The translations under genes and the position numbers were made by a program. A stretch of 64,000 bases of DNA from Carcharhinus longimanus (taxonomy: Eukaryota): the NCBI GenBank assembly GCA_030264375.1, contig JASCQW010000162.1, positions 62,718,371-62,782,370 on the forward strand, read 5' to 3'. Below the pieces are notes generated by a model. It had not been told where the DNA came from. It made no database searches and saw only the letters and a program-made list of their open reading frames with translations. Within the stretch, counting starts at the first letter, position 1; each line of letters starts with the position of its first letter. Of this stretch, positions 25,517 to 37,771 are shown piece by piece.

Positions 25517-26650
25517 GTATGTATTTTGCCTAAAATTTTTAACAAGAAGAGGCCATCTAACCCATCTGCCTCCCTTGATTCGTTAATTCTTGTTCTGTGA
25601 GTCTGGTGTAGAAATTGGACCTTATTGTGCATAATCCATTCCAAAGGAAATTGATCACTTTTTCAAAAAAGTGGCTGTTTCCTCTCTAAAAAGTATTTAA
25701 AAATGTTTGCACTCTTTCTTAAACCTCATCAGAGTGTTATAGTGTGAGTGCTGCTCTGATTTTCCTGCTGGCTTTTGGGTTGGACACTGTTCGTTGTTTC
25801 CATACAAGGGTCCACAGTACTATTTATTTCCACGATTTAGAGCATGGCCTATTGATGGTTGCAGGCAGACAAGCAGGCAGGAGTCTGGCTTCATTGTACT
25901 TTTCCAAGTTGAGCATAATTTAGCCTATTTCCCCCCCCCCCCCCACCCACCCCCCCACTNNNNNNNNNNNNNNNNNNNNNNNNNNNNNNNNNNNNNNNNN
26001 NNNNNNNNNNNNNNNNNNNNNNNNNNNNNNNNNNNNNNNNNNNNNNNNNNNNNNNNNNNCCCCCCCCCCCCCACCCACCCCCCCACGACCCCTGCCACCA
26101 CCATCTCCCATCTTGTTTTAACTTGGGTGTCATGTTGTTTGCCTTCCCCACTGCCTCAGAAATGTTTCTTGAACTTGATGACCAGAAATGTGGCTGGGGT
26201 CACCAGCAGATGGAACATTGCCGACAAGTGCTCCAGTGTTTAAAGGAAGTCAGGTCATTGGCCTATACAGGGAATCCTGACTTCCAAGTCAGATGTGCTC
26301 AAAGGGCGTGTTGGTGGAAACAAGGCACAAACTTGATTTCCAAATCTGCATTACAGCAACACATTTTGCTTAAGAACTTAAAAATAGTGTCTCATTTTCA
26401 CCAGTGGATATGTTTTCATTAGATATAAGTTCTGTACGTCCACTAGTACACCCATCATTTTCTGTGCATTTGTAATTACCACTGCATGATACCAGCAAAA
26501 ACTGGGTCAGCAAGCTTACTCAAGTATATGAAATCCAATGTTCCCCACTCCCCAATCCCAGATAATTTATTTGCGACATCCAAGGCCAATTTCAATGCTG
26601 GGTATCTAGTTCTCTGTGCCGGACTGATGCAGCCTTTTATCTCCATTTAG

Positions 26651-26735
26651 GTATTGACATTCTTTACTCGGGATGCCAGAAAGTCCTCAACTGCCCTCCC
26701 GGAACAGCACCGCTCTCCTTCAATGACAAAGCCTG
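26651..26735 (+). CDS. AGXT: AGXT exon 6 (85 nt), carrying the PLP Schiff-base lysine
   Basis: TTTAG|GT; [28 protein letters not shown]; donor GTATTT. Confidence 0.96.
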
Positions 26736-27114
26736 GTATTTTATTGTTTGTTCCTTCGCATNNNNNNNNNNNNNNNNNNNNNNNNNNNNNNNNNNNNNNN
26801 NNNNNNNNNNNNNNNNNNNNNNNNNNNNNNNNNNNNNNNNNNNNNNNNNNNNNNNNNNNNNNNNNNNNNNNNNNNNNNNTGACCCTTGCGAGACCATGAG
26901 TCACTGCCAAGAAATGATGTTTGGGTATTCCTACAATTAACTTTCTTCTCTCCTTCCCAATTTATTCCAGCATAAAGCAAGCACTCCTCCCATGTTCAGT
27001 TCCATAGGCTTTTCATTTCCATCCCTTACATCTTCATGTTTGAAACTACAAGAGCAGTATTTAGGAAATACCTTTCACTTAACCAAATGACCCATGACAC
27101 TTCTTAAAAAAGGA

Positions 27115-27421
27115 GCAGGGTAGCACAATTAGTACTGCTGCCTCGCAGCTCCAGGGTCCTGGGTTCAATTCTGGCCTTGGGTGACTCTGTGGAATTTGCC
27201 CAGTGTCTGGGCGGGTTTCCTCTGGATACTCTGGTTTCCTCCCACAGTCCAAAGATGTACAGGTTAGGTGGATTGGCCATGATAAAATTGTTTCAAGATG
27301 TGTAGTTTAGGGGGATTAGTGAGGTAAATACGTGGGATTACAGGGATGGATCTCAATGGGATGAGTCAGTACAGACTCAATGGGGCAAATATCCTCCTTC
27401 GGCACTGTAGGGACTCTATGA
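27115..27421 (+). mobile_element. HE1/V-type SINE
   Basis: Same head, core and tail (CTGTAGGGACTCTATG). Confidence 0.88.
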
Positions 27422-27599
27422 ATGAACATGGAGCACTAAAAGAGGTGAGGTTGGATGAATGGATGGCTGCAAAGATTTGAGAAGGCTTTTAACTGAAGGC
27501 AGAGTGCGATGAGTAACCAACTGGCGAAGGGACAAAGTTCCAGAAAGATGGGGCAAGATTGCTGAAGGTTGCCCATGGTGGAAGAAACAAAGGTGGAAA

Positions 27600-29515
27600 A
27601 GAAAACAAAGAGAACAAAGAGCAAAGAACAGGCCCTTTAGCCCACCAAGTCTCTGCCGACACAGATGCTACTCTAATCTAATACTTTCTTGCCTCTATGC
27701 GCTCCATATCCCTCGATTTCCTGACTATCCATGTATCTATCCTGATGCCTCTTGAACGTTGTTATAGAATGTGCTTCCACCACCACCTCCAGCAGCGCAT
27801 TCCAGGCATTCACCACCCTCTGTGTGGCAAAACATGCCCCTAAATCTCTGTTAAAATTTCCCCTTCTCACTTTCAACCTATGCCCCCAAGTAATTGACCA
27901 TTTGACCCTGAGAAAAAGACTGACACTATCGACTCTATCCAAGCCTGTCATACTCTTGTAAAAACCTTTATCGAGTACCCCCTCATCCTCCAATGCTTCA
28001 GTGAAACAATCCAAGTTTGTTCAACCTTTCTTCATAGTCAATATCCTCCAAACCAGACAACTTGTTGGTAAATCTCTTCTGCACCCTTTCCAATGCATCA
28101 ACATCCTTCTGGTAGTGTGGCGATCAGAATTGTACACAATACTCCAAATGCGGCCTAACCAAAGTCTTAAAAAAGGACAGGGCAGCACGGTTAGTACTGC
28201 TGCCTCACAGCTCCAGCATCTGGGTTCAATTTTGGTCTTGAATGACTGTGGAATTTGCAGGTTCTCCCAGTGTCTGCAACATGATTTTCCAAATCCTTTA
28301 CTCAACGCCCCAACCGATGAAAGCCAACCTGCCATATCTCTTTTTAACCATCTTGCCCACCTGAGTTGCCACCTTCAGAAAACTATGGATCTGTATGCCT
28401 AGATCCCTATGTATGCTAATATTTCAAAGGGCTCTACCATTTACTGTATACTTTCCTTTTGCAATAGACCTTCCAAATTGTGTCTCCTCACATTTGTCCT
28501 GGTTAAATTCCATCTGTCATCTTTCAATTCAGGTCTCCAGACGATTTATATCCTGCTGTATCCTCTGACAATATTCCTCACTATCTGCCAGTCCCCAATT
28601 TTTGTATCATCTGCAAATTTACTAATCAGACCTACATATTCCTCCAGGTCATTTATATACATTACAAACAACTGAGGCCCCAGCCTTGATCCTTGTGGAA
28701 GTCCTCCAGTTAGCAAAGTATTCTTCCATTGCTACTCTCTGCTTTCTATGCCCAAGCCAGTTTTGTATCCATCTACCAGCTCACCTCGAATCCCAGATGA
28801 CTTCACCTTCTGCATCAGCCTGCATGAGGAACCTTACTGAAGTCTTTACTAAAGTTCATGTATACAACTGCCCTGCCCAGGTCAATTTTTCTTGTCACTT
28901 CCTCAAAGAACTCAATCAAGTTTGTGAGACAATACCTCCCCTTCACAAAACCATGCTGCCTATCACTAATAAGCCTATTCTGTTCCAGATGTGAGTACAT
29001 CCTGTCTGTAAGAACCTTCTCCAATAATTTCCCCACCACATGCGTGTAATTTCCAGGATTGTGTCTTCTGCCTTTCTTGAACAGAGGAACAATATTAGCT
29101 ACTCTCCAATCCTCTGGTACCTCACCCATTGCTAAAGAGGATACAAGGATTTTGGCCAAGGCTTCAGCAATTTCTTCCCTTGCCTTTCTCAGTACTCTGG
29201 GATGACCCTATCTGGCCCTGGGGACTTGTCCCCGTTAATGTTTTTCAAAACCTCCAATACCTCCTCCCTTTTTATCTCAACATGTCCTAGAATATCAACA
29301 TCCTCCTTTCTACACTCATNNNNNNNNNNNNNNNNNNNNNNNNNNNNNNNNNNNNNNNNNNNNNNNNNNNNNNNNNNNNNNNNNNNNNNNNNNNNNNNNN
29401 NNNNNNNNNNNNNNNNNNNTATCTCAACATGTCCTAGAATATCAACATCCTCCTTTCTACACTCATCATCCACCACATCCTTCTCCTTTGTGAATACTGA
29501 TGCAAAGTACTCGTT
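27600..29515 (-). mobile_element. CR1 LINE ORF2 (RT) fragment with 3' end, decayed
   Basis: EVPEDWRVANIVPLFKKG...GKLLEK...RQHGFVKGRYCLTNLIEFFEEVT...YMNFSKDFSKVPH; KSPGPD; TQRVVNAWNAL. Confidence 0.93.
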
Positions 29516-30002
29516 AAAATTGAAGTCCAAGAACCCAAAAGGTGCAAACTGGAAGGTAGGACTGGAGAAAGCTGCAGGAATATGCCAGGGTGAGGTCTTG
29601 AAGAGGTGTATTAATGAGGATTGAGATTTTAAATTGAGGAATAGGGAGCCAAAGAAAGTCAGCAAAGGTGATGGATAAACAGTAGTTTGTGCAAAATATT
29701 AACTAGTTTCAACTTGTGTAAGTCAGGAGTGCGGAGGGAGTTAGGGTAGTAGAGCTACAGGTAATGTGTGAAAGTTGGTCTGAGTTGTGGTGCAGGAGGT
29801 AAAAAGGGAGGTGGATAAAGTTGCAGAGAAAGTAATAAATAACCTTGATGATGAACGGAATATGGTGGTTTAAAGCTACGCTTGGGATTAAATCGGACAC
29901 AAAATTTGAAAGAGGCTGACAATGGAAGTGCAATCTGGTGCAGGAATACAGAGTTTTTGGTTTGGTTTCCCAGGTAATCAGTTAAAGGTGATTCTATGTT
30001 AG

Positions 30003-30245
30003 GTGTGGCTCAATTGGTAACTTACTCATGAGTCAGAAATTCTGGGTTCCAGGCCTACTCCAGTGACTTGAGTACATAATGCAGGCCGGCATTTTAGTGC
30101 AGTATTGAAGGAGTGCTGTGGTATTGGAAGTACAAATTTTCTGACGAAATGTCCATAGAGATCCCATTTGTTCTCTCAGGTTAAATCCTATGCATTATCA
30201 CGGAGAAGAGCATGAGAATCCTACCCACTGCTCTAATCAATCAAC
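30003..30245 (+). mobile_element. Old tRNA-headed Deu-domain-like SINE (SacSINE1/AmnSINE-like)
   Basis: GTGGCTCAATTGGTA...GAGTCAGAA...GGGTTC head, then TGCAGTATTGAAGGAGTGCTG...TCTCAGG...GAAGAGCA; identified from recall of the consensus. Confidence 0.55.
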
Positions 30246-30632
30246 AGCAATACCGTGGCGGCACAGTAGCACAGTGGTTAGCACTGCTGCTTCACAGCTC
30301 CAGGGTCCTGGGTTCGATTCCCGGCTCGGGTCANNNNNNNNNNNNNNNNNNNNNNNNNNNNNNNNNNNNNNNNNNNNNNNNNNNNNNNNNNNNNNNNNNN
30401 NNNNNNNNNNNNNNNNNNNNNNNNNNNNNNNNNGAATGAAGGGAGATCTCATTGAGACATATAAGATGATGAATGGGATGGATAGGATAGAGGTGGAGAG
30501 ACTCTTCCCGTTCAGATCCTACCTGTTTTTCTGGGTCTTGCCTGTAGATGGCACAGTGTTTTAAAAAAATGGTGGGGAATTATTCTTGTTTTTACAGCTT
30601 GATGTTTTGTAACTATTGCTATTTATAAATAG

Positions 30633-30728
30633 GGCCTTGAGAAAAACTGGAAGCTTCACCAGGAAAATGCTGAGTATCTACACAAAGGAATAGAAGAGCT
30701 GGGATTGAAACTCTTTGTAAAGGATAAG
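30633..30728 (+). CDS. AGXT: AGXT exon 9 (96 nt)
   Basis: AATAG|GGC; GLEKNWKLHQENAEYLHKGIEELGLKLFVKDK; donor GTAAGC. Confidence 0.96.
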
Positions 30729-31742
30729 GTAAGCAATGGCACAGCAGTCTGAAAACTGAGGGGCCGAGCATGCAAGCATTAGTCCCCTCAGTATTAGTGG
30801 GATGTCAAATTACAGAGAGTGCGTACATGGTAATATTCATGGGTGCTTCAGTGTGAACATGCTGTAACTTGAGGAGAGTAAATATTCTCAAGAGATAATG
30901 TAGTTGTCCAGTGGGCAGGTAGGAGCAGGAAGGCAGCATTGGTGGGAGAGGGGAGGAATGGTGAGATGGAAGAGAGAAGGGTAAAGGGGTGGGAGATGGA
31001 CAAGACCATTAGAAACAGGAACAGGAGTAGGTTATTTGGCCCTCAAGCCTGCTCCAGCATTCAATAGGACCCTGGCTGATCCGACATTCCTCACATTCAC
31101 TCTCCTGCCCTTTCTTCATAACCCTTGATTCCCTTCCAGATCAAAGTATCTATCTCAGCCTTAAATATACCCAAGGAGTGATTGAGTGAGAGACAAGGAA
31201 TGTCTGAGTAGCACTGGACAAACAACATTCGTTGAAGTACTTAAACTCTGCTAAGACTTTTGAATTGGAAGTAGTTGAAAAAAAAACCTTGCAAGATCCC
31301 TGGTGTGGAGCTCTGCGCAGGATGAGTGCGAGAGCTGCACTTTCAACAAGGCTAATGAGAAGAGAATTACAATGTTTTAAATGTGGTTCTGGCATAAGAT
31401 CCTTAGAATCTGATGGGCAGAGCAAAGAATCAATAAAATTGTCTGCAGGGAAGTCAGAGTCTCAGCATTTGACTTATAGCTGATTTTTGAAGTGGAGATA
31501 AAGAAAGTACCGTTACTGGAAAAGACAGGGTGAGAATTGGAGACAACCAATATGGAAACATCAGAAAAGAACAAATTAGGTTGGAGAAGAACTGGATGGG
31601 TGGACAAGATTAAAAACTGGATGACAGCAAAACACAGACTTGCTGTCTGAGCAAGAGAGATATCTACAACCCCTTGAGGACTACGGCTAACCATGATTGG
31701 ACAGATTAACATATTTATATTTCTTTCTTCCTTATGTACTTA

Positions 31743-32057
31743 GAATCATAGAATCAAAGAATAGAATTCCTACAGTGCAGGAGACCATTTGGCCCATTGT
31801 ACCTGCACTGACAACAATCTCATCCAGGCCCTATCCCTGTATCGCCCACATATTTAGTCCCCCTAACATTAAAGGAGCAATTTAGCATGGCCAACCAACC
31901 TAACCCATACATCTTTGGACTGTGGGAGGAAACTGGAGCACTCAGAGGAAACCCACACAGACATGGGGAGAGTGTGCAAACCCCACCCAGACAGAGGCTG
32001 GAATTGATCCCGGGTTCCTGGTGCAGTGAGGCAGCATTACTAACCACTGTGTCACCC
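31743..32057 (-). mobile_element. HE1/V-type SINE
   Basis: AGAATCATAGAATC tail repeats, GGACTGTGGGAGGAAAC core, TAACCACTGTG head. Confidence 0.88.
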
Positions 32058-32596
32058 TTATCCCATTTAAATACAAGTGTTCAATCACTTCAACCATTTC
32101 CTTTCTAGTGATTTAACCTTTTTGATTAGTTTTTCTACCCTAACTTCTAGAAATGTATGTACCTGGAAACCCAAAAATCTTTGTTCCTCCACAGTTCCTT
32201 CTCTCTCAATATTAACTTTCCAATTTAACTTTCATTTCAAAGTGAATGACCTCATACTTATCCTAAGTGTCCAGTCATGTAACCCATGTTCCTTTGTAAC
32301 TTCTTTGCTCCCACCTACACAAATTATTGTGTCAACTAACTCTGTGTCACTTATAAACTTGAATATATAACTTCAAGTCTTTATCAATTCATTGATAATA
32401 AAACAAAATATTAAGATTATGAATCATTTATGGGAATGGAGATGAAAAACAATTCTGATAAACTAAATCCCATCCACAGCACATTGAACTTCTAGACCTG
32501 AAGGTCCAATCGTGAAGGAAAATCATGCATTTAGATAAATGGGATGGTACAACCAAGGAGGAAAAGTATTAAAATACTTTATTTTTCATTCTTCAG

Positions 32597-32725
32597 GCCA
32601 TAAGACTCCCCACAGTTACAACAATTGCGGTACCAGACGGTTATGAGTGGAAAGAGATTGTTGATTTCATCATGAAGAACTATCAGATTGAAATCACTGG
32701 GGGACTGGGGCCCACAATTGGAAAG
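32597..32725 (+). CDS. AGXT: AGXT exon 10 (129 nt)
   Basis: TTCAG|GCC; AIRLPTVTTIAVPDGYEWKEIVDFIMKNYQIEITGGLGPTIGK; donor GTAGGA. Confidence 0.97.
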
Positions 32726-34020
32726 GTAGGATGGGGATTGCGGGGGTGAACCCATAGGGAAGATGGTGTACAATAATGTTAGTGTTATTATTTTACTGTA
32801 CACTATGCAGGGACGGATTGTCTACATATGCAGCTGAAGAAAATTATGAAAGGGCACTATCTGAATAGTCAGCTCTTAATTGCCTGAAGTCACAAAGCCT
32901 AGCTAAGGTTCTGGAGAAAGATATGGTTTTTGATATTAAGTCTTAAGAGGGGAAGGAGTCTTGTGGCACAGTGTTAGTGTCCCTACTTTTGAGCCAGAAG
33001 CTCTTGGCTCAAGTTCCACTCCAGGACTCCATGACCATGGAAGGTGTGGTCAAACAGGTTGATTTCCAGCCTATAAATTCCATTACATTTGCTGGCAGGG
33101 GATAAGCGTGGGAGAGTTTCAAGGCAACAGAAAACCATTGGAGTACTTTGCCGAGCGTAACCATGGAATAATCAAATGGTAGCCTTTGGTTACTAATACA
33201 CACTTAGGGCATGGTACCCGAAGACATCTTCAAAGGATATAATCCTTTAGTGAATCTTTTATATTTGTTTCCAAACACCTGATCACTTACATTTATTCTG
33301 CTCAAACTGAAGATAATTATCTATTGCCAACATACTGCTTATATGATTCCCTTCACCTGGGGTTTCTCACATGGCAAGTCCCTAACCTTGGCTGCATAGC
33401 TTTTGAGAAATGATCTTACATGGAGGTCAGTCCAGCCAGCCATCAGTTTTATGCAACACTGATGTATTGAAACATTCTCTTGAAACAGTCCATTCACGTA
33501 AACAGCTATAGTTTGCTTGAAAGCTGATTCACTCGAGCAAGATTTCCCAACTTAACTGTTCCAAATCATTTGATGAGTAGGCTTTAATAATCACTACCTT
33601 TCTGTAGTTAATGGATGCCTCTACTAGTATTTCACAAACTAGCCACCAAAGTTAGACTTCACTCAGCATGGTTGATGTCATTATTGTCACTTAATTTTTT
33701 GTACACACATTTCTTGATAATATTCAGACTCAAAGCAGAAGACCAAGTCTTGTCAAGACTCTTCAAAACCATTTTTTTTAAATTGGGAAGTTTATTGCTC
33801 CAAGATACAAGAAAGTTAAACTACTAACCCCTACCTCCTGAAGATGTCCAATATACAACTCTTCAGGATGTCCTATGGCAGGTTGAAGATGGAACATTCT
33901 TTCATAAAGGCTACACTCCCTCCAATTGCAACCCTTGCAACTCTATTTGGAAAATGAGATTGATGGATTTATGCTAATATTTCTATGCTATCCATGACTA
34001 TTTATTTCCTGGGTGTTTAG

Positions 34021-34128
34021 GTTTTGCGGATTGGATTGATGGGCATCAACTGCACAAAAGCCAATGCAGATCTTGTGCTCGGAGCTTTGAAGGATGCCCT
34101 CAAGCACTGCAAGAAGAGCAAGCACTGA
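34021..34128 (+). CDS. AGXT: AGXT exon 11 coding part (108 nt including TGA)
   Basis: TTTAG|GTT; VLRIGLMGINCTKANADLVLGALKDALKHCKKSKH*; substrate-binding Arg in LRIG. Confidence 0.97.
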   Translation, partial: VLRIGLMGINCTKANADLVLGALKDALKHCKKSKH

Positions 34129-34851
34129 GTGAAGGCTGGAAGGCATAGAATGGCTCTAAGATCTAACAATCAAATGACAGAACATGAAACTAATCCTTGA
34201 ACAACACACATTGTATTACTTTAGCATTTGCTATGATAAAACAGAATATACAGAACTGTACCAAATCCTAGAATTTACCAAACAACCCAAAAAGCTAGCC
34301 ATTTGGTTTAGCCCCCAGCTTCTTTCACCATATAGATTCCCAAAGGATTCTATCAGCTAATAGTGAAGAGAACCATTAAATTGAATCTTTTCCAAATTTA
34401 AGACAAGAGGTTTTGGGAAGCTTACATTTGCTTACTATTAATACTAGTCATTAAATTTGATTCTCTTTTTGGCTTAGGGAACTTAAGCACACTGAAGGAC
34501 TTCTTCACTTTTTTTTCTTTACCTTGGGTTTAACACAGTCCCCTGATAGGCTTGCGTGTCAGAGGAAGAGGGGGTGAGAATGATTCTGGGCTGTGGATTA
34601 TTACACAGTGACACTAACTAAGGAAGGGAAGTGCACCCAAATCCCTGTCCTTCCACACAAACCAGTGAGGTTACTGTGGATATCTGACTGAAACACGAGG
34701 GGAACCTGAGGATAAAGACTCTGCTTTTTGGATACTCTGGTACATTGAGGGATTGGAAAGATGGAAGTCTTCAACATATTGACTGTTATGCATTGTATCA
34801 ATTCAATATATTACTGAGTAAATTACATAAACCATTTTCAGGTATTTACTG

Positions 34852-34857
34852 AATAAA
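34852..34857 (+). terminator. Probable AGXT polyadenylation signal
   Basis: AATAAA about 720 nt after the stop, followed by T-rich sequence; an ATTAAA at 34375 is an alternative. Confidence 0.55.
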
Positions 34858-34942
34858 CACTAATTTCAGTACTATTATTTCTTGATTTTTTAAAAAATTG
34901 TTATGCAAAACTTCACAATCACTGCATGAATGGCAGGGTTGC

Positions 34943-35307
34943 ATACTGCCTTCCTGGAGGTTTTATCACATGACTTTCTCTCATGTTCCAGTCATTAACC
35001 AACACTTCCAACCCTAATCCTACCCTAACCGTAACCCTAATCTTAACCCCTAACCTGACATACTATCTTCCTACAAGAATTGGAAAGCAAAAAGACCTAA
35101 TTGGATGATGCTTGGCTGTCAGCCAGCCCTTTTCCCTGTATTTCTTAATTCTGTAAAATAAAATGTACAAAGAAAATGATCAAAAAATCTCCAATTTTTT
35201 TTGATATCCTCAGGAATTCTCCCCAGGGTTGCACAGAGCTGTGTCCTGGTGTTTGACCTTCAATTATTGGAGACTCCAAGCTAATCCTGGAGGGTCAGCA
35301 ACTCTAA
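34943..35307. mobile_element. Old non-autonomous DNA element with AGGGTTGC-like ends (inverted copy ~21315-21684)
   Basis: CCTGGAGGTTTTATCACATGACTTTCTC and AATTGGAAAGCAAAA match the reverse complement of 21550-21660. Confidence 0.65.
35010..35056. repeat. Degenerate (CCCTAA)n telomere-like tract
   Basis: AACCCTAATCCTACCCTAACCGTAACCCTAATCTTAACCCCTAACC. Confidence 0.7.
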
Positions 35308-37771
35308 CTACTGACACAACATCAATTATACAATCAATTTTACTATAAACTGCCCGCTTGTTTCCTCTTCCATCCTCCAATACTTGAAATTTCTAAGCTA
35401 GGTTGATACCTCAGCACAGTAGTGATCAAGTGCTGCAGTGCCAAATGTCACGGTCTTCTGAAATGACATTAAACACAGTCAAAACATATGTGAAAGACTC
35501 CAAGGCACAATTTGTATGAGAATAGGGATTCACCAAGTGCCCTGGCCATCGTTTCTCTCACAGCCTATAAATCATTTATCTTACTGAAGCATTACAACAT
35601 ACACACAACAGGAGCGACTTCACTTCGATGTTTAGCCCTAAAGATAAGCAGTTACAGCGCTGCCTACATCAAACACAGGTATAGGAGCTGGTTTCCAATC
35701 TTCAAAATGTGGTCACCAATTTTCATGGTTACTACTGTCCTAAGGAGATTCAGACAAAATTTGAACAAGAGGATGTTAAAATAATAAAGAAGATATTGGC
35801 CTGGATTTTGGAACACAAATTACTATGAGAGCCAAAAAACAATTTGCACTGGTGAGATTTCCCAGAGCAATTGCCCCTGCACCACCTCCCCCACCCCAAA
35901 ACAGTGACATAATGGGCTTCCTGCCATTTTGCATTAATCAGCATATCATGAACGGGCCTCCAACAACAATTCTCCATCATAATTGATAAATCCACCCTGG
36001 CAACATGATGTCATGTTCCCAGACAGGTTTTTAAGAAGACAGTTGCAAGCTCACTTCCAAGAGGAATTCTGAGGTGAGCATGCAGTTCACCACAGAAACT
36101 GAGTCCAAGGGAGCAGAAGCCAGCTACAGGACTTGTGCTTCCTACAGAGCTTGCACCCAGGAAAGAGGGAGGGGCGGTTGTACAGGTGGAGAGAGGAAAG
36201 TACATCACCAGGGATGGGATGGGGGAAGCTCCTCATTGCCAGGGGAGCATTGACATGACTGTGTTCTGTCACTGGGAATGTCACCAATGAGCTGGTTATG
36301 TTGCAGAGAGGAGGTGGAGGAGCTCTGGAGTGAGCATTCAGCCGTTCAGTGGAAGGTGAATGTAGTTCTCAGCAGAACTTCATGGGAGAGATTTTATGAA
36401 AGTATAAAGCCACAGAGGTTGCAGAGATTTATTACATTCTCCACTTCTGGCAATGACTTACATATTCATTATTTACAACTGTCTAATAATCAGTGCCCCA
36501 GCTGCTACATCTTGGTGTATCCCCAGGATCCACAGCAGTGGTGGAGGCAGTCAGCTATCTCCAAGCTACGTTATCTGTGGTAGCCCCAGCCTACTTTTGG
36601 GATCTTGCTGCGTGATGGCACTATCCCCTTTGGCTTAAGGCTGGGGCTGATTTGGTCACAGAAGAGGGAAGTCAGATGGCTAGGCACATAGAGTCTCCTG
36701 GGTGGAAGGCCCCAGGCTATGCACCAGCTTCTTCTCTTTCCTAAAGGGTGCTCCTTATTGAGGTAGAGGGGTAGCTGAAGGGACTGAAAAGTCTCTAATT
36801 AAAAATAACTGAACAGTGAAGGTTGGGGGTGGGGGGGAGGGGGGGGGAAGGGTGGAGAAAGTGAAAGCAGTGAACAAATAACACAGGCTGTCACAACATT
36901 CAGTTCAAAAAGTTAAAAAAAAGATCAAGGGTGGGATTCTCTGGTCCCACCAAAGGCTCTGGTCCCTCCATGGCTGCTTCCCCAGTGGTGGGACAGGGAA
37001 GCCACACAAAATGCCATAAACAATGAGACCAGAAGATTCAGCTGCCTCTGGAAAATGTGACTTGGGGGCTGGTAGAGGAAATCACACCATAGATTTTTGT
37101 CCAGACAATATATACTTAAGTAATGATCAGTGTTTTTAGCTCATTGCTTGAATAACCTGGTTTTAATCAGCTGGAAATGACTAAGGAACTACATAGGACT
37201 GTCATTTACCAGTAATATGGTGCACAGTAGTCAATCTTAGTAAATTTAAGAAAAAACACTTCTAAATGGTGCTTTTAATGTCCTTGCACCTAAAATTAAA
37301 CTCAAATGCCTCTTATAACTCAGATCAGAAACTCCAAAGTGTGCTATGAAGACTGCCTGGATCATAAATTTTGCAAGTTGAATTTGGCTAGGATAAGCAT
37401 GAGATGTTTCACTTCAGATAAATGACCCACCAGGGAGCTTTTATCAAGCAAAGTTTATTTCAGAATACAGTTAACATATAGCAATAGCGTTTACCAATTA
37501 CAAACAAGAAAAAAAACCCCATTATATTGTATAAACCTTAACTATATGAAATGTTCCAACCAAACCTCTTTAAAAACATACCCTTGCCACAGGTTTGCAC
37601 AGAAAATACAAATGCTTACATGATGCTGAAACTTAGTCCTTTATATGGGGAAATTGAAACTTTGACTTCCCAACAGCTCTCGAGGTAGAGATAATACCAC
37701 TGCTGGCATCTAGCTTTAAGCAGCAGCAAAAGTACTATTAAGCAGGCAGAATGTGATTTTTAAAAAAAAAA

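Noticed and set aside
26941-27007. Polypyrimidine tract plus AG at 26969-26970 as a candidate AGXT exon 7
   Set aside because: The in-frame translation CIKQALLPCSVP* has no AGT similarity and terminates.
29272-29469. Identical ~47-bp direct repeat either side of a 100-N gap
   Set aside because: Typical unmerged contig overlap, not biological.
34126-34200. Readthrough or selenocysteine recoding of the AGXT TGA, tempting next to SCLY or as a route to a cryptic PTS1
   Set aside because: The context is TGA-GTG, not TGA-CTAG. The extension would end ...ETNP* with no PTS1. No convincing SECIS is visible in the 3'UTR.
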